Source of the DNA: Patescibacteria group bacterium
Lineage (GTDB): Bacteria > Patescibacteriota > Minisyncoccia > Minisyncoccales > UBA10102
NCBI GenBank assembly: GCA_022563395.1
Contig: JADFNM010000001.1
Coordinates: 270,342-334,341 of the forward strand
Length of the DNA: 64,000 nt
Direction of reading: 5' to 3'
Made by a program: the position numbers and the translations under genes. The first letter of the stretch is position 1. Each line of letters starts with the position of its first letter. The notes beneath the pieces were generated by a model that worked only from the letters and a program-made list of their open reading frames with translations, was not told where the DNA came from and did not search any database. Positions 37,755 through 46,847 of this stretch are shown piece after piece.

Positions 37755-38516
37755 CTAGTAAAGAAACTCAAGAATCTTTTGCGTGAAAGCTTGTGGCATT
37801 TTCTGCTCTATATCATGGTCGCCTTCAGGGAAGAGAGTGAGTTTTGAGTCTGTAATGTGTTTTTTGATGAAATAGGCATCTTCCACAGAAACCACATCGT
37901 CTTTCTCTCCCCAGAGAATAACAGTTGGAACTTTAACTTCTGAAAGAAGCGGGGAAAGATCCTGACCAATAACTTTAAGATAGATATCTTTCATGATTCC
38001 TTTTTGGTAAGGATAGTCGCTTGTTCTAATAATATATTTATACACTGCTTTGCGAAAAAGTGCATAGAAAGGAAGAAAGGAGAAAAACTTTCCTATCTTT
38101 GCTGCCGTCCTCAAGATATGCTTTCTTAAACTCTTTTCTCTTCTGATGGCGGCTGCCACCAAAAACAACTTTTTTACTCTCTCGGGATTCTTAGCAGTAT
38201 AGGCAAGAGCTAATCCCCCACCAAAGGAGTGGCCGAGAAGATAAAACTCTTTTAATCCCAAGGCATCAACAAACTCCTCAACAAAGACACGGTACTCCTC
38301 TATGCCCCAGGGAGACTTTGGCTTCTCGCTCCTTCCAAACCCTGGCAAGTCTGGGATAATTACTTCATATCCCTGCTGCGTAAGTCCAACTTGCACAGAC
38401 TGCCAGCTGGCTGAAGAACTTCCCCATCCATGCAGAATTAAAACCGCAGGACCTTCTCCCGCAGTTTTATAACCTACCTGAAAGCCTTGAATGTTGAGTA
38501 TCTCTTCTTTCATCAT
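37755..38516 (-). CDS. Alpha/beta hydrolase
   Basis: HGWG, GHSFGG nucleophile elbow. Confidence 0.92.
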   Translation of the reverse strand: MMKEEILNIQGFQVGYKTAGEGPAVLILHGWGSSSASWQSVQVGLTQQGYEVIIPDLPGFGRSEKPKSPWGIEEYRVFVEEFVDALGLKEFYLLGHSFGGGLALAYTAKNPERVKKLFLVAAAIRREKSLRKHILRTAAKIGKFFSFLPFYALFRKAVYKYIIRTSDYPYQKGIMKDIYLKVIGQDLSPLLSEVKVPTVILWGEKDDVVSVEDAYFIKKHITDSKLTLFPEGDHDIEQKMPQAFTQKILEFLY

Positions 38517-39742
38517 TTCTTTATCTCTTTCTTTCCAACGTACTTTGTAAGCACCTTGGGTATTTTCACGCTTCCGTCTTTCTGCTGGTAATTCTCCAGA
38601 ATGGCAATCAGCGTTCTCCCAATGGCAAAGGCAGTGGCATTAAGCATGTGAACATATTGGAGCTCTCCATTCTTTCCCTTAAACTTGATGTTCAGTCTTC
38701 TTGCCTGGAAGTCCGTGGTGTTGGAGGCAGAACTTACCTCGCGGTACTTGCCCTGTCCCGGGAGCCACGCCTCAATGTCTATCGTGGACGAAGAAGGTCG
38801 CGCCATGTCTCCCGTGGATAGCTGCACTACCTGGTAGGGAATCTCCAATGCTTGCCACAGGCGTTCTTGCATGGAAACTAAGAACTGGTGCTCTTCTTTG
38901 GACTTATCTTTGTGTGTGAAACTGAAAAACTCTACTTTGTCGAACTGGTGAACCCGCAATATTCCTTTGGTATCTTTGCCGTAAGAACCTGCTTCCTCAC
39001 GAAAGCACGTTGAAAAAGCAACAGCCCTACTCGGAAGCTCGTTTTCCTCAAAAACCTCTCCCTGGTGCAAGGGCCCAATGGCTTGTTCTGCAGTCCCAAC
39101 CAAAAAGAGTTGATCTTTTTCTAAATAATATCGCTCTGCCAAGTCCTCGGGAGTATCTATATACCCCATTCCTTGCATCGCTTTGAGCTTAATGAGAACC
39201 GGGGGCACGACAGGAACAAACCCTTCTTTGACAGCAATTTCGAAAGCAAGCTGAACCAAAGCAAACTCAATTAAAGCTGCTTCTCTTTTCAAATATCCAA
39301 ACCTCGAACCCGAAAGTTTTGCTGCTCTTTTCACATCTATAATATTTAGTTCTTCTCCAAGATTTAAGTGATCTTTTGGTTCAAAGTCGAATTTTGGAAC
39401 TTTTCCAACTTGTCTCAATACTACATTGGCAGATTCATCTCCTACCGGAACATCATCTTGGGGCATGTTGGGTAACAAGACAAGCAAAGAGCGTAGTCCT
39501 TCTTCCACTTCCTCCAATTGCGGCTCCAACTTCTTGATTTCCACCTTTATGCCTCTTGCTTCCTCAATATCTTCTTTTCCGAGTTTGTTCTGTTGCGCTT
39601 TCAAGGTTTCTATCATTCCCACAAGCTCCCTCTTTTTCTCGTCCAACTCCAAAACTCTGCTTACATCACAGGCAATACCTCTTTTTTGACACCCATCTTT
39701 TACCTTTTCTGGATTCTCTCTAATGTATTTTAAATCGAGCAT
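38513..39742 (-). CDS. serS: Serine--tRNA ligase
   Basis: MLDLKYIREN, GTAE, FREEAG, RVHQFDKVE. Confidence 0.97.
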   Translation of the reverse strand: MLDLKYIRENPEKVKDGCQKRGIACDVSRVLELDEKKRELVGMIETLKAQQNKLGKEDIEEARGIKVEIKKLEPQLEEVEEGLRSLLVLLPNMPQDDVPVGDESANVVLRQVGKVPKFDFEPKDHLNLGEELNIIDVKRAAKLSGSRFGYLKREAALIEFALVQLAFEIAVKEGFVPVVPPVLIKLKAMQGMGYIDTPEDLAERYYLEKDQLFLVGTAEQAIGPLHQGEVFEENELPSRAVAFSTCFREEAGSYGKDTKGILRVHQFDKVEFFSFTHKDKSKEEHQFLVSMQERLWQALEIPYQVVQLSTGDMARPSSSTIDIEAWLPGQGKYREVSSASNTTDFQARRLNIKFKGKNGELQYVHMLNATAFAIGRTLIAILENYQQKDGSVKIPKVLTKYVGKKEIKK

Positions 39743-39751
39743 AGTATACTT

Positions 39752-39794
39752 TGCTTAAACGAGATTTAGTTTTTCAAAACTAAATCTCGTTTAG
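39752..39794. repeat. REP-like inverted pair
   Basis: TGCTTAAACGAGATTTAGTTTT-tc-AAAACTAAATCTCGTTTAG. Confidence 0.85.
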
Positions 39795-39797
39795 TCA

Positions 39798-41270
39798 TTA
39801 CTTCTCTTTAGGTCTCATGGTGGGGAATAAAATGACTTCACGCAAACTATGCGAATCGGTAAGTAAAGCTGTTAATCTATCGACGCCCATGCCAAAGCCG
39901 GCTGCTGGTGGCATGCCATATTCCAGGGCCTCAATAAAATCTTTGTCCATACGCTGAGCATCCTCAAGCCCTTTTTTAAACAAAGACTCTTGCTGTGCAA
40001 ATGCCTTTTTTTGCACTATGGGATCATTTTGCTCAGAATACGCCCTTACCAACTCCCATCCACCGCCAACCAACAGCTGAAAGGTTTCTGCCTTACTGGG
40101 ATCATTTGCCCTGGTCTTTGCCAAAGGATACATCTCTGAAGGATGGTGGATAACGAACTGGGGTTCCCACAGCTCTGGGCGAATTGCCTTTTTATACAGC
40201 GCATCTACAACACGGCCTTTACTAAACGTTTTTTCAACATCAATACCAAGTTTCTTTGCTTCTTTTGCTAAAGCATCGCGATTCAAAGATTCAATATCCA
40301 GCTTAAGATACTTTCTAAACAGCTCGGCATATTCCACGCGAGGCCACGGGGTCTTAAAATTAATCTTTTTTTGCTCATACACAATCTCTTTTCCCCCTGC
40401 CACCCTCAAAACGACAAAAGAAATGAATTCTTCGGTGAACTTCATTAAATCCTTGTAGTCAGCATAGGCCCAGTAAAACTCCAGCATGGTAAAATCTGGG
40501 TTGTGTTGTCTGTCTACTCCTTCGTTTCGGAATACTCTCCCTATCTCGTACACTTTTTCAAAACCCCCAACAATCAAACGCTTTAAGGGCAGCTCCAGGG
40601 AAATACGAAGGTACATATCTAAATCAAAAGCGTTAAGATGCGTCATAAAGGGCTTTGCATCAGCTCCCCCGTATGTGCTTTGAAGAACAGGTGTTTCTAC
40701 CTCAACGAACCCTTTTTTATCTAAAAACTCGCGAATGGATTTTAAAACAAGGGTTCTTTTTTTAAACTTCTCTTTAACCTCTTTGTTGAAGATAAGATCA
40801 AGGTAGCGCTTTCGGTATCGCTCTTCTTCGTCTTTTAGCCCATGCCATTTTTCTGGCAAAGGCAACAAGGATTTTGCCAGCATCTTTACCGAGCTTGCCT
40901 CAATAGTCTTTTCTCCTTTTTTAGTGGAAAAAAGAGTACCGCGGATTTGCACAAAATCACCTATATCAAAGGCATCCAAGAAAAACTGGTATGCCTTCTC
41001 CCCCACCCGATCTCGCTTGAGATAGACCTGTACTTGTCCCGTTCCGTCTTCAATATGAAAAAAAGTGGAACCTCCATGCTCCCTTACACTACGAATCCTC
41101 CCAACAGCCGTCACCTCCCTTCTTGACTTTACCAAAGCAGAAAACTCCTTGAGAAGCTCTTGCGCCTCGTGGGTTCTTTTAGACTCTGAAGGATATGCCG
41201 ACTCTCCCGCCTTTTTCAGCAGGCCGAGTTTCTTCATTCTGGCTTTGCGTATCTCTGGGTTGCTTGCCAT
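39798..41270 (-). CDS. lysS: Lysine--tRNA ligase (class II)
   Basis: RYRKRYLDL, FRNEG, HNPDFT, YGMPP. Confidence 0.97.
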   Translation of the reverse strand: MASNPEIRKARMKKLGLLKKAGESAYPSESKRTHEAQELLKEFSALVKSRREVTAVGRIRSVREHGGSTFFHIEDGTGQVQVYLKRDRVGEKAYQFFLDAFDIGDFVQIRGTLFSTKKGEKTIEASSVKMLAKSLLPLPEKWHGLKDEEERYRKRYLDLIFNKEVKEKFKKRTLVLKSIREFLDKKGFVEVETPVLQSTYGGADAKPFMTHLNAFDLDMYLRISLELPLKRLIVGGFEKVYEIGRVFRNEGVDRQHNPDFTMLEFYWAYADYKDLMKFTEEFISFVVLRVAGGKEIVYEQKKINFKTPWPRVEYAELFRKYLKLDIESLNRDALAKEAKKLGIDVEKTFSKGRVVDALYKKAIRPELWEPQFVIHHPSEMYPLAKTRANDPSKAETFQLLVGGGWELVRAYSEQNDPIVQKKAFAQQESLFKKGLEDAQRMDKDFIEALEYGMPPAAGFGMGVDRLTALLTDSHSLREVILFPTMRPKEK

Positions 41271-41287
41271 ACTCCCCTATTCTACGA

Positions 41288-41755
41288 CTATTTTAAGCCT
41301 TCTGCAATCTCCAGAATTTTGTAGGCAGTCTCTCCTTGAGGCGTTTGTACGACAACTTTCTCACCTTTCTTCTTCCCCAAAATAGCTTCACCCAGGGGCG
41401 AGGAAGCTGAGATCTTGTCTTTAAACGGGTCTGCTTCTTGCGACCCTGTAATGGTAATGGTCCACTTTTCTTTTTCGGTCTCCAGGGTTACCTTAGAACC
41501 TATTTCTACTGTTTCGTTTGTAGAAGAGCCTTCCACAATCTTAGCGTTGAAAAGGGTAGATTCAAGCTCTGCTATCCTGCGCTCCATGAAGCCCTGCTCT
41601 TCTTTGGCGTTCTGGTAGTCAAAGTTTTCAGACAGGTCTCCCATGGCAGCGGCCTGTCGAATGCGATTTGAAATCTCTTTTCGCTTGGTCTTTTTTAAGT
41701 ATTCCAGCTCCTTTTGGAGCTTTTCTTTTCCCTCTTTGGTAATATATTGTTCCAT
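41288..41755 (-). CDS. greA: Transcription elongation factor GreA
   Basis: GDLSENFDY, ISASSPLG; start moved to MEQYIT. Confidence 0.95.
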   Translation of the reverse strand: MEQYITKEGKEKLQKELEYLKKTKRKEISNRIRQAAAMGDLSENFDYQNAKEEQGFMERRIAELESTLFNAKIVEGSSTNETVEIGSKVTLETEKEKWTITITGSQEADPFKDKISASSPLGEAILGKKKGEKVVVQTPQGETAYKILEIAEGLK

Positions 41756-41847
41756 ATTATTAATATATGCCGGTGCGGTTTTATACGGCTCCGCAGGAGC
41801 TCCGCCTAAACCGCCCGTAAAAGTAAAGCAGTTTACTTTTACCCATA

Positions 41848-43761
41848 CTATTGATTGAAATACCACTGAAACGCGTCACGCACAACCGGAAGGGTTGCAA
41901 CCTGCCCCTCTATGACATCCTCCACAAGAACCACCAGAACAATCTCAGGGTTTACAAAAGGAGCAAAGGCCACGGTCCAGGAATAGAGATAATCTTTACC
42001 GTCAATAGTTTTTCTCCCGATTTGGGCCGTTCCGGTCTTTGCAGCGACAGCCACGGGCAATTCATTAAGAAATCCTGTGGCAGAACCTGAGGTCACGGCC
42101 TGTCGCATCCCTTGCCTGATAATCTCTATGCTCTGTCCGTCTACAAATCCTTGCCTCTTTACCTTGGGCTCTCGAATCTCCAAGGTGTTTCTCTCACCAT
42201 CAACAAGCAGCTTTATTGCCTGTGGCTCCAGTAAAGTTCCGCCATTTGCCAAAGCTGCAAAAGCCGATGCAACCTGAAGAGGAGTTATGGCAAAGGGGCC
42301 TTGCCCAATGGAAAGATGGTAGGTGTCTCCCAATCTCCAATTTTGATCAAACGTTGGCAAGATGCCGCTTCCTTCCCCGGACAAATCCACCCCGGTTGTT
42401 TCACCCCACCCAAACTTCTCAATGTACTCTTTAATCTTTCCCGGTCCCAAGCCAGCAAAACCCTCATATCCTCCGCCAATGATGTAAAAAAAGGTGTTCA
42501 CCGATTCTGCAATGCCCCGTGCAATGTCGGTCGTGCCATGAAACATCCAATCCCGGAAACATTCATCTTCTTTGGTGTAAATATTCTCAACACAGATTTC
42601 CAGAGGGGCAAAGATCTTGGTATCTTCTTGAATAATGCCCTCTTCTAAAGCTGCAATCCCGACTAAGGGCTTAATGACAGAACCGGTAGGATAGCCAATA
42701 CCGGATATGGCGCGGTTAAACAGCGGCTTTGAGGGGTTTTGTATTAAATTATTCCATTGTTCTAAGGAAATACCCTGTCCAAAAAGATTTGCGTCAAAGG
42801 AGGGTAAGCTCACTAAAGCAAGAATGCCCCCAGTGGAGGGGTCAAGAGCTACTGCAGCTCCCTTCTTGGTTGTAGTCTGCTTAAACACCGCCTCAAGAGA
42901 TTCTGCAATGCGCTCTTGCAATCCTGCGTTAAGCCACAAAACAAGGCTGGTACCCTGCTGTGAGGGGATTGTTTCTTTTTGCCCCACGATCTTTCCTGCA
43001 GCATCCCGCGAAAGCACTATTCTCCCGGGATTCCCCCGAAGAAACTCCTCGTATGTTTTTTCTACCCCAACCTTGCCAATCTGGTCGGTCACCGAGTATC
43101 CCTGAAGCCCTAAAAACTCCTGAGCTGAAATCTTTGCGGTATATCCCAAGAGATGGGAAAACAGCTCTCCTTCAACATACTCTCGCCTCACGTTTTCTAC
43201 AACGTGGCATCCTGGAAATTCTTGAAGTCGCGCCTCCAGCAGCACAAGTTCTTCGTGGGAAAGATTTTCTTTCACCAAAATGCGGGGTGCAAGATTCTTT
43301 TGAATCTCGTCTTTCAACTCCCCAAAGGAAATGCCTAACAAAGCAGAGGCTTTTTTAAAAATGGCTTCGTTTTCTTTTGGGATAGTAGGCATGTTAAACT
43401 TGTCGCATACAAAGTCAAAACTGGGCCTGTTGAATGCAAGCTGCACAAAGGAATTATCGTACAACACCCCGCGGTCTGGGGCCAAAGGAATGTTGCGAAC
43501 TGCGTTTTGTTCTGCTGATTTTCGCATCTCTTCCCCTAAAAATACCTGAAGGTCAAAGGTTTTTACCAGAACAAGAGCCGCAACCAAAAGAAAGGTACCA
43601 TAGAGAACACGCATAATTGTTTCAGACAGAGGGAGTTCAATCCTTTGCTCGGCAAACTCATCTCCTGCCTTTTTTTGAGCAAGCTTGTCGAGCAATACCT
43701 CCTGAATCTCAATCTCCTTCCCTGCCGCCTTCTTTTTATATATATTGCGGGAGGCGAACAT
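41848..43761 (-). CDS. mrdA: Penicillin-binding protein 2
   Basis: SVIK, SVN, KTGT motifs; follows mreCD; start uncertain. Confidence 0.88.
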   Translation of the reverse strand: MFASRNIYKKKAAGKEIEIQEVLLDKLAQKKAGDEFAEQRIELPLSETIMRVLYGTFLLVAALVLVKTFDLQVFLGEEMRKSAEQNAVRNIPLAPDRGVLYDNSFVQLAFNRPSFDFVCDKFNMPTIPKENEAIFKKASALLGISFGELKDEIQKNLAPRILVKENLSHEELVLLEARLQEFPGCHVVENVRREYVEGELFSHLLGYTAKISAQEFLGLQGYSVTDQIGKVGVEKTYEEFLRGNPGRIVLSRDAAGKIVGQKETIPSQQGTSLVLWLNAGLQERIAESLEAVFKQTTTKKGAAVALDPSTGGILALVSLPSFDANLFGQGISLEQWNNLIQNPSKPLFNRAISGIGYPTGSVIKPLVGIAALEEGIIQEDTKIFAPLEICVENIYTKEDECFRDWMFHGTTDIARGIAESVNTFFYIIGGGYEGFAGLGPGKIKEYIEKFGWGETTGVDLSGEGSGILPTFDQNWRLGDTYHLSIGQGPFAITPLQVASAFAALANGGTLLEPQAIKLLVDGERNTLEIREPKVKRQGFVDGQSIEIIRQGMRQAVTSGSATGFLNELPVAVAAKTGTAQIGRKTIDGKDYLYSWTVAFAPFVNPEIVLVVLVEDVIEGQVATLPVVRDAFQWYFNQ

Positions 43762-44032
43762 AGTTTCTGAGAATATGCCGTGCTGCAAAGAACAGCATCA
43801 AAGAAAGGATTATCCAGAATCCAAAAGGGAGCGAAGAGTATAGGTCTAAAACAAAACCCCCAGCCAATGCTGCGACAATCCCTGTTTCAGTAGAGGCAAA
43901 AGAGGCCAAGATCACCAGAGAAATTAACACAAGGTTTGGTACCCATCCCCACAAAGGAAAGTGGGGCAAGAAACTCACTTGGAGCAAGGCAAGAATGAAA
44001 AAGCTGAGTATGACAAGGAATCCTTTCTTCAT
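43736..44032 (-). CDS. mreD: Short MreD-like membrane protein
   Basis: Hydrophobic; PNLVL and GFVLDLYS..PFG; between mreC and PBP2. Confidence 0.7.
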   Translation of the reverse strand: MKKGFLVILSFFILALLQVSFLPHFPLWGWVPNLVLISLVILASFASTETGIVAALAGGFVLDLYSSLPFGFWIILSLMLFFAARHILRNYVRLPQYI

Positions 44033-44805
44033 TGGTAGTTTGTGAGGATAAACAAGGAGTTCTCCTTTCTCAATTGAAAGAACAGCTCAACCTTTCCTCC
44101 TTGAAAAGCGGTAAGGTCGCTCTTTTCAATGCTTTTCACATCTCCAATCAAGAGATTGTCTGGAAACACACCTCCTAAAGCTGAAGTCACCACAGCGTCT
44201 CCTTCCAGTAGTTCTTCTTCTTGAGGAATAAGATCTAAAAGAACACGATATCTTCCCTGCCCTTTCAACACTCCTATCACCTCTTTTCCCTGGATCTTCA
44301 CGTCAGAAGAACGGCCACTCAGCGAAAGAAGAAGAACCTTTGAGGTGTGTTCAAATACTTCACCGATGCTTCCCACGGCAACCTTGCTTTGCGTAATGAC
44401 AGGCATTCCTTGTTTTACGCCATCTTGAGCCCCTTTGTTTAAGAGCAACACGTCCCGTTCAACTTCCTTTCCAATAATCTCAGTAAAAAGCAGATTAAAC
44501 TCCTCCCTTGAGGCAATATCAAGCGCTTCCCTCAGACGTTCGTTCTCCTTTGCCACTTCCTGGACCAAAAGGAGCTTCTGGCGAAGGAGAAGATTCTCTG
44601 TTTCTAGTTCCCAGGCACGCTCTTGTGAAACCTTAGAAAAAATCTCTACAGTAGACGTACCCGCTTTCCAAAGCAAAGACTGCACGGGAGAAAGGAGTGA
44701 GGAAAACGTTCCCCGTACGCTTTGCGAACTAAGGTTTAAAATCAAAAGAACACCCGCGAGAAAGAGCAGTGTTAAAAGCTTGTGTTTTTTGAGAAGAGAT
44801 TGCAT
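44029..44805 (-). CDS. mreC: Rod shape-determining protein MreC
   Basis: TM, coiled coil ENERLREAL, VTSALGGVFP. Confidence 0.92.
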   Translation of the reverse strand: MQSLLKKHKLLTLLFLAGVLLILNLSSQSVRGTFSSLLSPVQSLLWKAGTSTVEIFSKVSQERAWELETENLLLRQKLLLVQEVAKENERLREALDIASREEFNLLFTEIIGKEVERDVLLLNKGAQDGVKQGMPVITQSKVAVGSIGEVFEHTSKVLLLSLSGRSSDVKIQGKEVIGVLKGQGRYRVLLDLIPQEEELLEGDAVVTSALGGVFPDNLLIGDVKSIEKSDLTAFQGGKVELFFQLRKENSLFILTNYQ

Positions 44806-44883
44806 GCGTTCCCCTAGTATATCAGGAAATGAGGAACAAAAAAAACCGCCTAATTGACAATTCTTTGTTTTGAGATAAACGGA

Positions 44884-44962
44884 TATCTCCTAAATGAAAT
44901 TTAGGAACCATTGGCTTCAATGAATATTGCTTAAATCTCGTTTAAGCAATAACGGCTCCCCC
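44884..44962. repeat. 79-bp direct repeat, left copy
   Basis: 5 mismatches versus 46485-46563 by manual alignment; contains two palindromes. Confidence 0.9.
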
Positions 44963-44987
44963 TGCTGGACGAAGTTAGAACCTGTTT
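44955..44987. repeat. 33-bp perfect direct repeat, copy 1 (att-like)
   Basis: GCTCCCCCTGCTGGACGAAGTTAGAACCTGTTT. Confidence 0.92.
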
Positions 44988-45063
44988 GGTGTAAAGATAA
45001 AGGCCGCTGGGCGAACCATGCGGCCTTGCAATCGGGCAGATTAACACTTCTTCATACTGTGAA

Positions 45064-45456
45064 TCAACCGAGCGCTGGACTGAAGCGTTCGAGTGCTTCT
45101 TGGTCGGCTGGATGCATGTTGTCCGGGCGTGGTTGATCAACCCGGTCATCCATCCCCCAATCTTCCAGTATCTGCGGCTCCCCAATCTTTGGAAGGATGA
45201 GCCGCTCCAGATGTCCTTCTGGAGCAATCACGATCCATCTTGATTGAGAAGCGTCTCGACGGCTGGAGAAGATGACGACCTTGGTCTCACCAGTTACTCC
45301 CTCAAGGAGAGTAACGTGGGGTCTTCGTCGCAACAGCCTCTCTCCGAGAGAGCGTTCCACAGCACCGAGCTTGATCGCAAGATCCGGAGCGAGCTGGACA
45401 TGCCCTTTCTCTTGAAGGAAACGCTCAGCCCTGGAACGTAACACAGAAGTGTTCAT
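45064..45456 (-). CDS. Hypothetical protein between the 33-bp repeats
   Basis: ORF with SD AAGGAAGG, upstream TTGACA, downstream hairpin at about 45000-45030. Confidence 0.6.
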   Translation of the reverse strand: MNTSVLRSRAERFLQEKGHVQLAPDLAIKLGAVERSLGERLLRRRPHVTLLEGVTGETKVVIFSSRRDASQSRWIVIAPEGHLERLILPKIGEPQILEDWGMDDRVDQPRPDNMHPADQEALERFSPALG

Positions 45457-45515
45457 TCTTCTACCTTCCTTTCTAAATGCAACCATACCACATCTCTATG
45501 GTATTGTCAATATTA

Positions 45516-45548
45516 GCTCCCCCTGCTGGACGAAGTTAGAACCTGTTT
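45516..45548. repeat. 33-bp perfect direct repeat, copy 2
   Basis: Identical to 44955-44987; overlaps the HIT stop codon. Confidence 0.92.
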
Positions 45549-45975
45549 AGTTGCTCAATAATTGGAAAAGTCGTTCTTTTTCTTCCCCTGGTAAATCCTT
45601 GTAGAGGGGTTTGCGGTGAATGTCTGCCTTCTCGTGAAGCTCGTCTTGATACTCTCTTGGATAAAGGTGGAAGTGCATATGATTTACGTGGGTTTCACTG
45701 TTTTCAATATAGGGCTTGTAGTTCTGGCGGATATCACACCCAGAGGCGAGTTTATCAAGAATCTTTGCCTGAAACTCAGCAACAAAGTCTATAGTCTCGT
45801 CTCGCTCTTCCTTGGAAAGCTCCTGAAGTTTTCCCTCAATGTGCCTCTTGGGAATGACCAGAAGATGCCCTGGCATGAGCCGTGGATTGCTAAAAATCAC
45901 ATAGGCATACTGCCCGTCTTTGAGTATCCTTCCCTCTTCTTTTGCGGTTGTACAGAATGGACAAGTGTTAATCAT
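45547..45975 (-). CDS. HIT family hydrolase
   Basis: CPFC, PGHLLVIPKRH, HMHFH triad. Confidence 0.92.
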   Translation of the reverse strand: MINTCPFCTTAKEEGRILKDGQYAYVIFSNPRLMPGHLLVIPKRHIEGKLQELSKEERDETIDFVAEFQAKILDKLASGCDIRQNYKPYIENSETHVNHMHFHLYPREYQDELHEKADIHRKPLYKDLPGEEKERLFQLLSN

Positions 45976-45981
45976 ACCACC

Positions 45982-46380
45982 CTAATCTCTTCTCAAAATC
46001 TTGAACTCCTTGAATCCAGTGTTCTCATCGAGCTCTCGAGAAAACTTATGCTTTTCTGACTCCCCAATAACTACCTCTGCTGTAGTATGCAAAACACATC
46101 CTTCTTTAAGGTGTCCTCCTATCGTGTTCCCTTTCTTATCTCCCAAACCAATATGTAGGTGCATCCCATCCTGCGAAAGGGTGCCTACTAAAGAGATGAT
46201 TTCAAACTTCTCATCCCATGTTCTAATCTCATTCTCATCTGCAAGCCTAAGCGTTGCCTTCTTCAAGCTTCCAACGCACGTTAGAATGAAACCTGCCTGA
46301 ATGTTGTTTTCCGCAACAAACTTCTTGAGCTCTTCTCTAAGATCCTGGCCTGGTTGAAGTCGAAAGATATGAGTTTTCAT
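45982..46380 (-). CDS. PPC/DUF296 domain protein
   Basis: FRLQPGQDL, EIISLVGT, HLH, GGHL. Confidence 0.9.
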   Translation of the reverse strand: MKTHIFRLQPGQDLREELKKFVAENNIQAGFILTCVGSLKKATLRLADENEIRTWDEKFEIISLVGTLSQDGMHLHIGLGDKKGNTIGGHLKEGCVLHTTAEVVIGESEKHKFSRELDENTGFKEFKILRRD

Positions 46381-46484
46381 ATGCTCACTCTACCAAAGAA
46401 CCGCCAGATTGGCGATTCTTTTTCTCCATACTGCTTAAATCCATGCTGCTTAAATCTCGTTTAAGCATGATTGACTCTATTGAT

Positions 46485-46563
46485 TATCTCCTAAATGAAA
46501 TTTAGGAATCACTGGCTTCAATGAATATTGCTTAAATTTCGTTTAAGCAATAAGAGCTCCCCC
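46485..46563. repeat. 79-bp direct repeat, right copy
   Basis: Matches 44884-44962; preceded by block A at 46390-46420 and a REP at 46447-46467. Confidence 0.9.
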
Positions 46564-46699
46564 CCAATCGGGCACAGTCAAAACTGCAATCCTTATGTAA
46601 GTCCGAATTGCACAGGGGTTTACAGTTGTAATCAATAGCAAAACCTGTATAATGACAAAGTAGAAGAATGCAACAGTGGAGATTTGAAGACGCGCGGGC

Positions 46700-46771
46700 T
46701 CCGCGGTAGCTCAACGGTAGAGCCATTCGCTGTTAACGAAGGGGTTGTAGGTTCGAATCCTACCCGCGGAG
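46700..46771 (+). tRNA. tRNA-Asn(GUU)
   Basis: TCCGCGG/CCGCGGA acceptor; loop CT-GTT-AA; GGTTCGAATCC; one mismatch in the anticodon stem. Confidence 0.92.
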
Positions 46772-46792
46772 CTCGCGTGTTTTCTTTACAAC

Positions 46793-46821
46793 AAAAACAG
46801 GGTGCTTATGCCCTGTTTTTG
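46793..46821. terminator. Bidirectional terminator between tRNA-Asn and rpoD
   Basis: AAAAACAGGGT-gctt-ATGCCCTGTTTTT hairpin with A/T tracts. Confidence 0.7.
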
Positions 46822-46847
46822 TGTAGATAACTTAGCCGGGATAAATT

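Noticed and set aside
44955..44987. Additional tRNA or tmRNA gene
   Set aside because: Only a T-arm/acceptor-like fragment with an altered loop; no cloverleaf. Kept as an att-like repeat.
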